From: Bdellovibrionales bacterium
GTDB taxonomy: Bacteria; Bdellovibrionota; UBA1018; CAIMNF01
Length of the DNA: 64,000 nt
Assembly: GCA_947502835.1 (NCBI GenBank)
Contig: CANNBJ010000005.1
Coordinates: 40,429 to 104,428 of the forward strand
Direction: 5' to 3'
Under the pieces are notes generated by a model, which was not told the DNA's origin, did no database searches, and saw only the letters and a list, made by a program, of their open reading frames with translations. Of this stretch, positions 63,714 to 64,000 are shown piece by piece. The position numbers were made by a program, and so were the translations under genes. Within the stretch, counting starts at the first letter, position 1. Every line of letters starts with the position of its first letter.

Positions 63714-64000
63714 GTCATTGCAGAAAAACGTGCTCGGGACTGTGCTGAGACCGTGTTCACGGGATCCACTCACCGGATTTTTCAGGAATGGCTGCTGCGA
63801 GACGGACGAGGAGGATGCGGGCGAACATACCGCTTGCGTTCGTCTCACCGAAGAGTTTTTGCTCTTTTCAAAGCGGGTCGGCAATGATCTTTCGACACCG
63901 AGGCCTGAGTATGATTTTCCGGGACTCCTGCCCGGACAGCAATGGTGTGTTTGCGCGGGAAGATGGGTTGAGGCCTATCGTGCGGGTGTCGTTGCACCGC
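63712..64000 (+). CDS. DUF2237-family protein (3' partial at window edge)
   Basis: MSLQKNVLGTVLRPCSRDPLTGFFRNGCCETDEEDAGEHTACVRLTEEFLLFSKRVGNDLSTPRPEYDFPGLLPGQQWCVCAGRWVEAY matches the DUF2237 signature (…DP.TGF.R.GCC.T…G.HT.C…EFL.FSK..GNDLSTP.PEY.FPGL.PGD.WCLCA.RW.EA). Not in the ORF track (edge). Confidence 0.6.
   Translation, partial: MSLQKNVLGTVLRPCSRDPLTGFFRNGCCETDEEDAGEHTACVRLTEEFLLFSKRVGNDLSTPRPEYDFPGLLPGQQWCVCAGRWVEAYRAGVVAP

Overview
The window splits into a conserved core (1–34.5 kb) and an accessory region (34.5–64 kb). Coordinates marked ~ are approximate. The taxon guess below is low confidence.

Core, ~1–34.5 kb:
- Unrelated housekeeping genes: a TPR lipoprotein, rlmD, a bamE-like gene, lepA, an ArnT-like glycosyltransferase and a TauE exporter.
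- The pyrB–pyrC–carA operon.
- A small LPS-core-like cluster: a GT9 heptosyltransferase, a GT2-like protein, a GATase1 and an MprF-like membrane protein.
- A short RecQ-like helicase and MeaB.
- The canonical tRNA(Thr-Tyr-Gly-Thr)–tuf–tRNA-Trp–secE–nusG–rplKAJL–rpoB–rpoC block, ending in two tRNA-Val genes.

Accessory region, 34.5–64 kb, which begins immediately after the second tRNA-Val:
- It opens with a 26-bp-arm inverted repeat that overlaps the tRNA's CCA end.
- This is followed by two tandem copies of a GC-rich structured non-coding element with a ~307 bp period.
- Nearly every downstream gene encodes a secreted, lipidated or membrane-anchored protein of unknown function:
  - a 949-aa toxin-like protein with a glycine-zipper membrane segment and a possible EndoU-like C-terminus;
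  - a truncated ORF6N (antirepressor-type) remnant and YceI;
  - a four-gene operon of tail-anchored secreted proteins with an HExxH metalloprotease and an RDD–thioredoxin fusion;
  - a Cys-rich secreted protein interrupted by one in-frame TAA;
  - an ATGA-coupled small gene pair;
  - a 2078-aa lipoprotein (FN3, choice-of-anchor-D domains, RCC1 propeller);
  - a HAMP–PP2C sensor phosphatase, a FecR-like membrane protein, DUF2071, a cryptochrome/photolyase and a divergently overlapping DUF2237 gene.

The best candidate for a novel system is this tRNA-Val-adjacent island of secreted effectors, in particular the 949-aa toxin-like protein that has no immunity gene and the metalloprotease/RDD–Trx operon. 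The lineage (GC ~53–55%, many secreted proteins) resembles a Bdellovibrio-like or other Gram-negative predatory or particle-associated bacterium.
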